The notes: a model not told the origin generated them from the sequence alone. DNA of 64,000 nt from Nitrososphaeria archaeon (GCA_029775855.1 JARVJZ010000003.1:1-64000), one strand, 5' to 3'. Shown: positions 40,226 to 49,668, numbered from the stretch's first letter. Translations and numbers: made by a program.

Positions 40226-41914
40226 TTAGTATGTGGTGTAGTAGCGGATGAGGCTTCTTGCTATATCGATCTTAGCTATTACACCTATTAACTCGCCTTT
40301 GTTATCGACTACATAGATGTGGTCAGCATTTTTATTGAGCATAATCGTGACAACTTCATTTAGAGGAGTGGTGAGGGGTACGGCAACGGGTTTCTCTGCG
40401 TAGGTGGTTAATACTGGGAGTTTAAGGGATTTTCTAGAGGCAGAGACTAATTCCTCAAGTCTAACAACGCCGATAGGTCTTTTGCCGCTGTCCACTATAG
40501 GTAGAACCCTATATGGCACAGCCTCAAACTTCTTAAGAGCCGTTGCAACATTCTCATCTTCAGTTAATGTAATGGGGTTATCTGACATCACATCAGAGGC
40601 CTTAAGCCGACTTATTATTTGGGGAGCTATCTTTGAGGCTTTACCGTAGATGCGCTCTAACGCGAGCTCCTCTTCATAAACCTTAGCCGAAGGCTGAGAC
40701 GGAAATAAAGAGAGAGAACCAGAAGCGAAGAAACTACAGAGAGATGCCAAAAGCCCTGGGATAATAGCATACGGGCCGGCTGTCTCTGCTATGAATGCGG
40801 CTGGTGCGAGGAAGATTTTGTGGGTTCCTGAGAGCATGGCAGCCATCCCTACCGCAAGATAAGTTGGTTCAATCGTTTGTGTGACTGCGATTGAGTAAGA
40901 TGCGCCTATTAATGCGCCTTCTACGATGGTTGGTGTTAGAAGGCCGCCGCTTCCCCCGAAGTTTAGGAATATGGTTGTTGAGAACAGTCTGAGAATTGTT
41001 AGTGTTAAGAGTAATGGGATTGTGTATGCCGATTTGTTTGACGCTAAGTTTTCTACGGTTTCATACCCCGCGCCGATGCTTTCGAAGTTTATGAAGCCAA
41101 TTAAACCCAGACTTAATCCCCCTATAAGGAGGAGCAGACCAAAACCGCCTCGAACCAAAGATCTTCGCCCTAAGCTATCCGCCAGATTATACACTCTAAC
41201 AAAGAATGCAGAGTAGAGCCCACAGATTACGCCAAGTATGATAGAGTGCGCAATTACATTTAAGTTCAAAGATGGGGTTGAGGGTAAATAGAAGATAGGT
41301 GCGATACCGCCCAAAACCACAGCAACTGAATACGAAAGAGCAGATGCTACTGCAGCTTCGACAAAAGCCTCTTTCTCTACATCCCTTTTATAGGGTATCT
41401 CTATAGCGAATAATATGGCTGTAAATGGGGCTTTAAATAACGCTGAGAAGCCAGCTGCAACGCCAGCCAAATAAATCTTCCTTTGCTTCTGGAAAGGCAC
41501 CTTAAACAATCTTGAGATAGCGGCGCCTATTCCCCCTCCAGCTACTATTGCTGGGCCTTCTAGTCCAGCAGTGCCGCTTAACATAATTGAAGTGGTTGAA
41601 GCAAGTGTCCTTACTGTTGTTTCTCTCATTGAGAGATGTCCAGCCCTTAAATGGAGTGTTTCAAGCATAAGGTGGATGTCGCTGTTTCTCGACTTGGTTG
41701 CAGAGAAGTATTGAATAAGTGTAAAGCTTAGAGTTATAGAGAGTAGTGTAATAATGAAGATTAACTCCTTTTCTTTCAACATAGCTGTCTTTATCAGAGC
41801 CCAAGTATATTGGTAGGCGAATCCCAGCGCTACTGTAATTAATCCTGCGGTAGCTGCTGTGGCAATAAGTATGAGGATATACGCTTTATTTCGTAAGATT
41901 AAGTTGAGCATCAA
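40226..41914 (-). CDS. ClC family anion channel/transporter with CBS pair
   Basis: GLEGP, AGVAAG, FKAPF, FAIE, GGSGG, C-terminal CBS domains. Confidence 0.88.
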   Translation of the reverse strand: MMLNLILRNKAYILILIATAATAGLITVALGFAYQYTWALIKTAMLKEKELIFIITLLSITLSFTLIQYFSATKSRNSDIHLMLETLHLRAGHLSMRETTVRTLASTTSIMLSGTAGLEGPAIVAGGGIGAAISRLFKVPFQKQRKIYLAGVAAGFSALFKAPFTAILFAIEIPYKRDVEKEAFVEAAVASALSYSVAVVLGGIAPIFYLPSTPSLNLNVIAHSIILGVICGLYSAFFVRVYNLADSLGRRSLVRGGFGLLLLIGGLSLGLIGFINFESIGAGYETVENLASNKSAYTIPLLLTLTILRLFSTTIFLNFGGSGGLLTPTIVEGALIGASYSIAVTQTIEPTYLAVGMAAMLSGTHKIFLAPAAFIAETAGPYAIIPGLLASLCSFFASGSLSLFPSQPSAKVYEEELALERIYGKASKIAPQIISRLKASDVMSDNPITLTEDENVATALKKFEAVPYRVLPIVDSGKRPIGVVRLEELVSASRKSLKLPVLTTYAEKPVAVPLTTPLNEVVTIMLNKNADHIYVVDNKGELIGVIAKIDIARSLIRYYTTY

Positions 41915-41967
41915 AGTTATTTACCACTCTACCTTAGCATAGGCATATATTATTTAAGGTGTAGACG

Positions 41968-43236
41968 ATGGGTGGAGCTAATAAGGTTATTAAATCTCTA
42001 GGCCGCTCAGGTTGGTTTTCTCTTATACCCTTTTACGCCGCTGTTCAAGGTGTGTCTGTTTACATTCCACTGGCGATAATTAGGTTAGGTGGAGATGTTA
42101 GAGATGTGAGCTTTGCCGCTTCTGCTTATAACCTTGCCTTGATACCTACAACGCTGCTTTGGGGATACTTATGTGATGTGACTGGATTAAGGAAAGGTTT
42201 GATTTATTTAGCTTCGTTAGTAAGCTTTTTATGCTCAACCGCGTTCTATTTTTCGAATAATGTAGCTCTCTTGATTATTATTTTCGGTGTGTATTCTCAG
42301 ACTGCATCTCTTTTTGCACCCGCTTTTAACTTACTCATATTAGAGACGCTGCCTAAGAAGAGTTGGGAAAAAGGCTACACGCTATCGAATCTTTACATGT
42401 TCATTGGGCAGATAATCGGTATGGTTGCTGGCGTAGTTTGGACAATCTTCTTCTCGGTCTCAACATATCCTTTGCTGTCTGCTGTCTTCTCTATTGTGGG
42501 GCTTTTAACCGCTTTAACACTGCCCAAGCCGAAGGTTCTATTAGAGCGGCGCTCTATTTTGTGGTCAGCCCAAGGGCTTATACATAAGATGACTCATTTA
42601 CCACTAATCTTTGTAAGGCGTCCTCGTTTAACTGACTATAAGTCAGTGGCAGCTATGGGTAAGAGAGCTCTAACGAGGGAAATACCGATGATATTTGCCG
42701 CAGCCTTCCTCTTTATGCTCTCAGCCAACTTCTTCTTCACACCTTATACACCATACTTGAAACATACTGGTCTTTCAGATTCACAAGTAATATTTCTCAA
42801 CATCTACATAGTAGCTGCTAACGCTATCACATCCCAATTCTTGTTAAAGAGGTTTAGCGGCAAAGTTTCACATTCAGTAGCGAGCAGAGCTTTAATGGCT
42901 AGAGCGATTGGTATGCTCTTAGGAGCGTTCTTCGCATCATTCGCGGTGGATGAATGGAGCTTCTACACCACTATGCTCATTTACACTCTACTAGGCTCAG
43001 CGTATGCTACAATTAACATAAATCTAACTTCTCTTCTATTCAAGGCACTGCCCTTAGGAAAGCAAGGTGGGCTGCTAGGTGTGTTCAGCTCATTGAATGG
43101 GCTCGCTTCTCTAGTAGGCGCATTCGCCTCAGGCTATTCAGCATACTACTTGGGCTACACAGCAACCTTCTTCATAGCCGCGCTCTTGGTGTTTTTAGCA
43201 TCAATTCTGCTAGAATTGCACTACCAAGAGCAATAG
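41968..43236 (+). CDS. MFS transporter
   Basis: 12-TM pattern, WGYLCD..G.RK. Confidence 0.82.
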   Translation: MGGANKVIKSLGRSGWFSLIPFYAAVQGVSVYIPLAIIRLGGDVRDVSFAASAYNLALIPTTLLWGYLCDVTGLRKGLIYLASLVSFLCSTAFYFSNNVALLIIIFGVYSQTASLFAPAFNLLILETLPKKSWEKGYTLSNLYMFIGQIIGMVAGVVWTIFFSVSTYPLLSAVFSIVGLLTALTLPKPKVLLERRSILWSAQGLIHKMTHLPLIFVRRPRLTDYKSVAAMGKRALTREIPMIFAAAFLFMLSANFFFTPYTPYLKHTGLSDSQVIFLNIYIVAANAITSQFLLKRFSGKVSHSVASRALMARAIGMLLGAFFASFAVDEWSFYTTMLIYTLLGSAYATININLTSLLFKALPLGKQGGLLGVFSSLNGLASLVGAFASGYSAYYLGYTATFFIAALLVFLASILLELHYQEQ

Positions 43237-43242
43237 TTTATC

Positions 43243-44445
43243 TTAATCTTCATCCTTCTGTGGGTTAAGGTGTGTAAAGTAGTCGGATAAAGCATCTTTT
43301 TGAGTTGAGGCATCATTTATAAGAAGCGCTTCGATCTCCTCTACAAACTCCTTATTAAAGCCTCGTGGAAGACTTGTATTTAGATCAACCAAATCTAGGG
43401 GCCAAGGTAGACCCGTCGCGGGGTTATGGAATGATTTAAAGTATGAGAGTAAAGGCTCTATATCTGTGCCGGCTTTAACCTCAAACTCAAATGGTGGTGG
43501 TTGGTTGCATCTGACAAAGTGTCTTGAGGTGCCTATTATGCGTTCAACAGCGTACTCCAAAGATTTGTGAATAGAGTGCGACACACTACGCTTCGCTTTA
43601 TCATATAGTTGTTCTATATTTCTAACCTTCTTCTCAGACAGCACTGCATAATTGTAGAGTGACTTTATCTGAGCGTAAAAGTTGTATGCTTCTGGGCGTT
43701 CAAATAACCATTCATATGAAAAGTAATGTTTTGGCGGTAGAAGCGCCGTTAGAATGTGCTTGTCATTTGCGCCTACACACATATTGGGGTCTCTATATTT
43801 GTAGAGGAGCCAGCCGTCTATTGCGGTAGATCGGCTTCTTTTTATTACTCCTACTGCTTTTCGCGAGTCCATTAGGGCTAAAGTCTTATCTCTTATGTTT
43901 GAAATCAACTCTCTTCCGAATCTGTATCCATCGACACCTAAAATTTCTTCTCTGACTTTGTATGCAGCGGCTCTAAAGCCAAAGAAACTCCCATCTAGTA
44001 TAACCCAATCTACATCCATTTTTTTGAGGCATGTATATGCAAGTTCTCGTTCAAGGTTAAGCCTCAAAAGCTCAAGTAGGGTTAAGGTGTTGCTGTATCC
44101 TTCGCTCTGCTCCGCTGTGTAGCATCTTGATATGTAGCCTTCATCCACTTGCCGCTTTCCTTCAAATATAAGATATGAAGCGCAGTATGTCCCAACTCTT
44201 ATACCTAATCTCTCACTCGTAGTTGGAGAGTTAGAGCCATCTACCACCAAAACTCTCCAATTTAACCATTCGTCAGAATCTAGAATAGGCTTACCCTTTA
44301 CTACCGAGCTCAAACTTCTTATCTTCTGCTGCATACGCTGCATTCTTGCTTTGCATCTTCTAGCCTCCTCTTCAGCAAGCTTAAAGAATTGATGTTGTAG
44401 CGGTGGTGGGAGCTTAAACCAACTACTCTCTTTGTCGTTAAGCAA
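43243..44445 (-). CDS. nurA: NurA-family nuclease
   Basis: VVDGS, LERELA, ILDGS, VGVIKRS, GLPWPL..VD; adjacent to HerA. Confidence 0.82.
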   Translation of the reverse strand: MLNDKESSWFKLPPPLQHQFFKLAEEEARRCKARMQRMQQKIRSLSSVVKGKPILDSDEWLNWRVLVVDGSNSPTTSERLGIRVGTYCASYLIFEGKRQVDEGYISRCYTAEQSEGYSNTLTLLELLRLNLERELAYTCLKKMDVDWVILDGSFFGFRAAAYKVREEILGVDGYRFGRELISNIRDKTLALMDSRKAVGVIKRSRSTAIDGWLLYKYRDPNMCVGANDKHILTALLPPKHYFSYEWLFERPEAYNFYAQIKSLYNYAVLSEKKVRNIEQLYDKAKRSVSHSIHKSLEYAVERIIGTSRHFVRCNQPPPFEFEVKAGTDIEPLLSYFKSFHNPATGLPWPLDLVDLNTSLPRGFNKEFVEEIEALLINDASTQKDALSDYFTHLNPQKDED

Positions 44446-44446
44446 C

Positions 44447-45874
44447 CTACTTTACCTCAAATGTGATGAGCAGAGGTATAGGAGATGGATTCATGTTACC
44501 CATAAAATAGAAGTGTCCTGGCGGTAGCGAAAGCAAGAACTTTGGGTCTATGTTGAACGGCGAAAGCCAGTTTCCAGCCTCATTTATGTCCAGTGGATGA
44601 ATCTTTCCTACAAACTGAGTGTTCAGATTCCTCCGCACAGCCGCATTTATGCCTATTTCACCAGCTATACCTTGAGACAGTATGCAAATGCAGAGCCTAT
44701 GAGAGCGCCCGAGAGCGCATAAATCTATGATAATATCCGTAGTTTCCCTTTGTATACCATCTGGGTTAAATGGGCAATATTGAGGTCCCTCATCTATAAC
44801 TAGAGCGAGGTTTAGGTCTTCATCGTTCTGCATCAGATCCATTATATATCGAGCGAAGGTCAAGAAGACAGAGAGCTTCTCATCTTTACCCGTCTTCTTC
44901 ATATCAACGATGATGAGCCTACGCTCCTTAACTAGACGAAGTATGTCTTCAGCACTAAGGGTGCCTAGAATAGTTTGGATATCACTGTCCTTCAGCCTAC
45001 GATAACCCCTCTCAAAACGCTGCTGGTCTTCGAAGGGTTTACCTGAGCCTAAGTTTTTTGGATTTAAAGATTTAGTTATGCTTGTGTATAGAACTCTTCT
45101 AAACTCCGCTACACTTAACCCACGCCAACTTTCTGAATATACGAACTCCTCTAGAGCTTGTGTAACCGTGCCTCTTGCCTGCTGACCCGAGTATCCGAAG
45201 CTACCCATCTTCTTACAGAGGTATGAGACAACAGTCTCAGGATCTAAAGCTATATCAGATATGCCTATAATATTCTGCTTCTGATAGTAAGGAGCGTAGT
45301 CACGACCCTTCCAATCCAAGACCAGAACATCAAACCCTGCGTCAAGAAACATTGGTATCAGCTGAAAACGCGCCAAAAACGACTTACCACCACCAGTAGA
45401 AGCGAACACACCTATGTGATAAGGGATAAATGTTTCATCAACAGGGACAAGCCAACCAGGATGCCCCTCATAGTAGCCTACCGTATATCTATGCCTTGCA
45501 CCTGCTAGATAACGCATCGGGTCATCCTTATCTTCGAAAAGATAGACGATTGAGCCTGGGGCAAGTATCTTTTTGTTCTGCTCTATAGTCTCTTTAACTT
45601 CGCCTATAACTGATAATGTGAAGTCATAGGTTTCCTTGGCTGTAGATGGGGGGCCTCCTGCTCTAGCGTAGGCTACCCCTGGGTTATAGCCTCCAGGTTT
45701 AAGGTTTTCGTTGATGCCTCTTCCTCTTCTTAAGACTGCAAGTATCTTGCCTTCGTTCCTATTGTCTACTAGCACAAGGTCTTCTACTTTAACTCTCTTT
45801 TCTTCGGATTGATTAAGTATGACTCTGGCTTCGTTTTCAGAAGATTCACTGGCTATTAGCCCTATTGGTCTCAT
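44447..45874 (-). CDS. herA: HerA-family ATPase/translocase
   Basis: N-terminal HAS-barrel-like region, HIGVFASTGGGKS, VLDWKG, VIDEG, GRS..LSQ, NLNT. Confidence 0.85.
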   Translation of the reverse strand: MRPIGLIASESSENEARVILNQSEEKRVKVEDLVLVDNRNEGKILAVLRRGRGINENLKPGGYNPGVAYARAGGPPSTAKETYDFTLSVIGEVKETIEQNKKILAPGSIVYLFEDKDDPMRYLAGARHRYTVGYYEGHPGWLVPVDETFIPYHIGVFASTGGGKSFLARFQLIPMFLDAGFDVLVLDWKGRDYAPYYQKQNIIGISDIALDPETVVSYLCKKMGSFGYSGQQARGTVTQALEEFVYSESWRGLSVAEFRRVLYTSITKSLNPKNLGSGKPFEDQQRFERGYRRLKDSDIQTILGTLSAEDILRLVKERRLIIVDMKKTGKDEKLSVFLTFARYIMDLMQNDEDLNLALVIDEGPQYCPFNPDGIQRETTDIIIDLCALGRSHRLCICILSQGIAGEIGINAAVRRNLNTQFVGKIHPLDINEAGNWLSPFNIDPKFLLSLPPGHFYFMGNMNPSPIPLLITFEVK

Positions 45875-45884
45875 CTGCTGCCGC

Positions 45885-47600
45885 CTACTCTGATTTTAGA
45901 AGCGAGGTAAGTAGGCTGCTTCTTGTAGCTATTAGAAGCTGGGTCTTCATCTTCAACCCTTTTAAGATCGTAGCTAACCCATTTATCCCAGATTCATCTA
46001 AACCCTCTTCAGGCTCATCTAATAGGAGTAGGGGTGCTCTCTCTAACTCGTTTACCGCTAGTAGAAGAGCAAAGCTTAAGGCTACATTTTCTCCAGTGCT
46101 CATTTGATGCGCATAGATCCAAGTGTCATCTACCTTACCCTTAAGGAATAGCACCTCTTGCCCCCTTACTACCCTACTTTCAAAATCTATGTCTTTGAAA
46201 CGCTCGTATGGATAAATTCTTTTGAAGATTTCCTTAAATGACGATTTGAGCGAAGTAAGGCGTTCACTCCTAGCTTCATTTATAGATTCAATGAGTGTAG
46301 CTTTTATATGTTTGAGCTTCTCAGCAAGATTTTTAAGATTTATGAGCTTCTGCTGTAAAACAGCTTTGTCTTGTGAACCTATCTGAGCTAGAGCCGCCTC
46401 GTATGCTTCTCTCTGCTCTTCTAGGCTGCTTAACCTACTCTCAAGCTGCTCTATCTCTCGCCTAGTTTCCTCTGCTTCCTTTAGCAGCTGTGTTGCTTTC
46501 GATAAATCTTCTTCCGATACGGGTTGCACCTTATATTTCGAAACCTCTGCTTCTAGCTTGCTTATCTGAGTTTCGATGAATCTCCTCTGCTCTAGACCTC
46601 TTCGATACTCCTCTACCTCTTTACTCTTCTGCGCAAGACGGCTCTGCAAGATATTATACTCTTCTATAACCTTCCTATATTCATCTTCAAGATGCTTAAA
46701 GCCTTCAAGAGCCTCTTTCGTCAAAGGAGCATTACAAAGAGGGCAAGTCTGAACATTCATATTCCTCTGCAGATCTATCATCTGTATAGAAGCCTCCAGT
46801 ACAGCTATCCTTCTGTTAAGCGCATCATTCCTAGCCTCCATCTCCCTTAACTCATCCTCAAACCCCTCAGAAGGCTCTGGCAAGGTCTTAAGCTGCATCC
46901 GATAATCCTCAAGCATCTTAACTCGACTTTGCAACTCCAGCTCAGCCCTCCTAACCTCCTCAGCCCTACGTTGAACACCTTCAGCCCAATTTAGCATAGT
47001 GCTATTCATCATATGCTTAAGACGAAGGGTTGCAAGCCTATCTTTGATCTGCTTGATCTCTGAAGCAACTTCGTTGCTCCTTTTCTGAATTTCTTCGCTT
47101 TGCTTAAGTGATGTTAGCTGTCTCTCAATATCATTTATCCTACGCTCTACTGGAGCAGCGGTTATTTCGGATGCGACTTGGTTATATCTTTCGAATCCTA
47201 GAAGCTGACTGATCTTAAGAGCCTTTTCTACTGGCGCACCCACGAAGAGCTTCGCTACCTCTCGACCATCTACAAATATCTTTGAAGAGATGTTAAGCGG
47301 TTCTGGTAGATTCGTCTTTACAGAAACAGAGCCCCCACGCTTCTTTCTCCTCTCGATATAAAAAGGTAAATCGTTGATGCGTCCTTCTACCCTAACCCAC
47401 ATATATTCGTATGAAGTGTTAATAAGATCGTCCAAAACCATATTTGAAGGAGCTTCACCAGAAAGCGCAAAGAGAACAGCAAGAAGGCGTGAAGTCTTAC
47501 CAGAACCCATACTACCCGAAAAGACCGTCAAATCATCTAGAACAAATTCATCCTCTTTAAGACCTCGAAAACCATAAAGTTTAACCTTTTCCAGCCTCAG
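45885..47600 (-). CDS. Short Rad50/SMC-like coiled-coil ATPase with Zn hook
   Basis: LRLEKVKLYGFRG N-terminus, Walker A GSMGSGKT, central CPLC, signature MSTGE, Walker B LLLLDEP. Start extended to CTG at 47600. Confidence 0.85.
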   Translation of the reverse strand: MRLEKVKLYGFRGLKEDEFVLDDLTVFSGSMGSGKTSRLLAVLFALSGEAPSNMVLDDLINTSYEYMWVRVEGRINDLPFYIERRKKRGGSVSVKTNLPEPLNISSKIFVDGREVAKLFVGAPVEKALKISQLLGFERYNQVASEITAAPVERRINDIERQLTSLKQSEEIQKRSNEVASEIKQIKDRLATLRLKHMMNSTMLNWAEGVQRRAEEVRRAELELQSRVKMLEDYRMQLKTLPEPSEGFEDELREMEARNDALNRRIAVLEASIQMIDLQRNMNVQTCPLCNAPLTKEALEGFKHLEDEYRKVIEEYNILQSRLAQKSKEVEEYRRGLEQRRFIETQISKLEAEVSKYKVQPVSEEDLSKATQLLKEAEETRREIEQLESRLSSLEEQREAYEAALAQIGSQDKAVLQQKLINLKNLAEKLKHIKATLIESINEARSERLTSLKSSFKEIFKRIYPYERFKDIDFESRVVRGQEVLFLKGKVDDTWIYAHQMSTGENVALSFALLLAVNELERAPLLLLDEPEEGLDESGINGLATILKGLKMKTQLLIATRSSLLTSLLKSE

Positions 47601-47734
47601 ACTTCTTCTGCCTCCTCCATCAGCCTAACTATAATATCTCTAATCTTACTTGTTGGAGTCTTAAGAAATAGTTCTAAAAGAGCATACTCCTCTTCACTCA
47701 ACCTCTGCCTCAACTTTGCCTCAACAAGGTCCAA
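47597..47734 (-). CDS. 45-aa microprotein heading the SMC-HerA-NurA operon
   Basis: TTG start after GGTGG SD. Sequence MDLVEAKLRQRLSEEEYALLELFLKTPTSKIRDIIVRLMEEAEEV. Its TGA overlaps the CTG of the next gene. Confidence 0.65.
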   Translation of the reverse strand: MDLVEAKLRQRLSEEEYALLELFLKTPTSKIRDIIVRLMEEAEEV

Positions 47735-47785
47735 CCGACAGACCACCTAGCTTGAATGAAATTCTTTCCCTATCTACAACAAAGC

Positions 47786-47803
47786 AATACTTAAAGGTTC
47801 TTT
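47786..47803 (-). promoter_or_regulatory. BRE/TATA promoter candidate for the microprotein-SMC-HerA-NurA operon
   Basis: AAAGAACCTTTAAGTA on the minus strand, about 55 nt before the TTG. Confidence 0.45.
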
Positions 47804-47854
47804 ACCAGTCGAGTCGAAGCTCGAATTTTCTGCACCCACACAAAGAAGCACACT

Positions 47855-48187
47855 CTATTTACCACTTAACTTAAGAAGAAGCTCAATATATCTTTCTAGC
47901 AGATCAAGCAGATCCTTTTGCCGCTCTATAGAGCGTTCATCCCTCAAAGCAAACGCTACTTCAAGAGCCTTAGTCTCTATAATCTCTTTGAGTGAAGGTA
48001 ATTTAGCTTCAAGTTGAAGGGTAGCAGCACTCTCATCTTTCGCTAATCCACAGACTATACAACTAACTTCACCTCTATACTTAATCTGAACACCACCACA
48101 CTTTGGGCAAGGCTCACGCAAAAGAGTAGCACCCTTCCTCAGCATTTCAGAAGCCGCAGCAAGCCGCTCCCTTGACACCGCAACCAT
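47855..48187 (-). CDS. Zn-ribbon protein, Sjogren/scleroderma autoantigen p27 (UPF0148) family
   Basis: ASEMLRKGATLLREPCPKCG...CIVCG. Confidence 0.85.
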   Translation of the reverse strand: MVAVSRERLAAASEMLRKGATLLREPCPKCGGVQIKYRGEVSCIVCGLAKDESAATLQLEAKLPSLKEIIETKALEVAFALRDERSIERQKDLLDLLERYIELLLKLSGK

Positions 48188-48302
48188 TCAACCACCATAC
48201 ATCAAACTCGTTATTTTAATGTTATGCATAGCGTTAACAGAAAAGTTAATTATGAGTGTTAAACTTAACAAGGAAGCAGATTATCAAAGAGGTGGAAACA
48301 AC

Positions 48303-48578
48303 TTGAGCGCCAAAAAGAAGAAGGAAAACCTAGAGAAACTCCAGAAAGCTATAACAACACTACAACAAGTAGCAGAAAGCACAATAACCCCAAGAAACAT
48401 CAGAAAGCTCGTCAAAGACGCTATAGCTATGCTACAAGATGAAGAAACAGCCATATCAGTAAGAGCAGCCAACGCAATAAGCATCCTAGACGAAGTCTCC
48501 CAAGACCCTAACATGCCATCATTTTCAAGAGTAACCATATGGTCTGCAGTCTCAACCTTAGAAAGCATAAGAGAATAA
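48303..48578 (+). CDS. UPF0147 family protein
   Basis: PRNIRK, VRAANAISILDE..QDPNMP..RVTIW. TTG start after GAGGTGG. Confidence 0.88.
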   Translation: MSAKKKKENLEKLQKAITTLQQVAESTITPRNIRKLVKDAIAMLQDEETAISVRAANAISILDEVSQDPNMPSFSRVTIWSAVSTLESIRE

Positions 48579-48588
48579 ACAAGCATCC

Positions 48589-49668
48589 CTAAAGGATGTC
48601 ACGTAGAGCATCTAAAAGAGCGTTGTTATCCTCAGGCAAACCAACCGAGACACGTAAACATCGACTAAGAGCGGGATCTTCAAGTCTCCTTAACACAAAC
48701 CCCCGCCTCAAAAGCTCATAATAAACCTCATCTCTATCTCTTTCTAAAAACTCGAGCAAGAAGAAATTAGCAGCACTCGGATAAACCCTCACACCACGTA
48801 TCTTACTTATTTCAGAAACTAGACGAGAACGCTCAGCCAAAGTATCTCTAACCCTCAACCGAACCCATTCAACATCATCTAATGCCAACTCAGCCAACCT
48901 CAACGTAACTACATCAACACTATTGGGAGGCCTAACCTTGTTAAGCACATCAACAGTTTCCCTACAAGCAACAATATAGCCAAGCCTAGCACCAGCAAGC
49001 CCAAACGCTTTAGAAAAAGTACGTACAACCATCAAATTACTGTAGCTTTCAGCTAACTTAACAGACGACTCACCCCCGTACTCTTGATAAGCCTCATCGA
49101 CCACCACACCGACATCACACTCATTAAGAATACGCACCAAATCGTCTCTCCCAATAACATTGCCAGTAGGATTATTAGGGCTGCAAAGAAAGATAAGCCT
49201 AGTCCTATTATTCACAGCCTTAATTAAACCATCGACATCATCCAAAAAACCCACTTTACGAGGCACAGAAACAACTTTTGCACCCATAATCTCACTAACA
49301 ACCCTATACATCGAATAAGTAGGGCTAGAAACTATTGCTTCACAACCATCTTCAAGATACACTTTAGAGATTATATCAAACGCCTCATCCCCCCCATTAG
49401 CTATAACAAAACAATCCTCACCAACACCCAGATAACTAGCCAATCCTCTACGCAAAGCACTGTAAGAGGTATCAGGATAACGATGCACAGCGAGCTCCTC
49501 AAGTTCACCAGCAACCTTCTTCAACCAATGCGAAGGTTTATACGGCGAAGTATTGAGATCAAAACGCCTAATCCTAGAGACATCCAAACCAACGGAAGCA
49601 GCTATCTCAAAATCAGAAGGCTCCCAAGCATAAGCTCTAAACGAATTAATAAACGCTCTAAACCGCAT
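48589..49668 (-). CDS. hisC: Histidinol-phosphate aminotransferase
   Basis: RYPD, CSPNNPTG, VDEAY, RTFSKAFGLAGARLGY. Confidence 0.88.
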   Translation of the reverse strand: MRFRAFINSFRAYAWEPSDFEIAASVGLDVSRIRRFDLNTSPYKPSHWLKKVAGELEELAVHRYPDTSYSALRRGLASYLGVGEDCFVIANGGDEAFDIISKVYLEDGCEAIVSSPTYSMYRVVSEIMGAKVVSVPRKVGFLDDVDGLIKAVNNRTRLIFLCSPNNPTGNVIGRDDLVRILNECDVGVVVDEAYQEYGGESSVKLAESYSNLMVVRTFSKAFGLAGARLGYIVACRETVDVLNKVRPPNSVDVVTLRLAELALDDVEWVRLRVRDTLAERSRLVSEISKIRGVRVYPSAANFFLLEFLERDRDEVYYELLRRGFVLRRLEDPALSRCLRVSVGLPEDNNALLDALRDIL

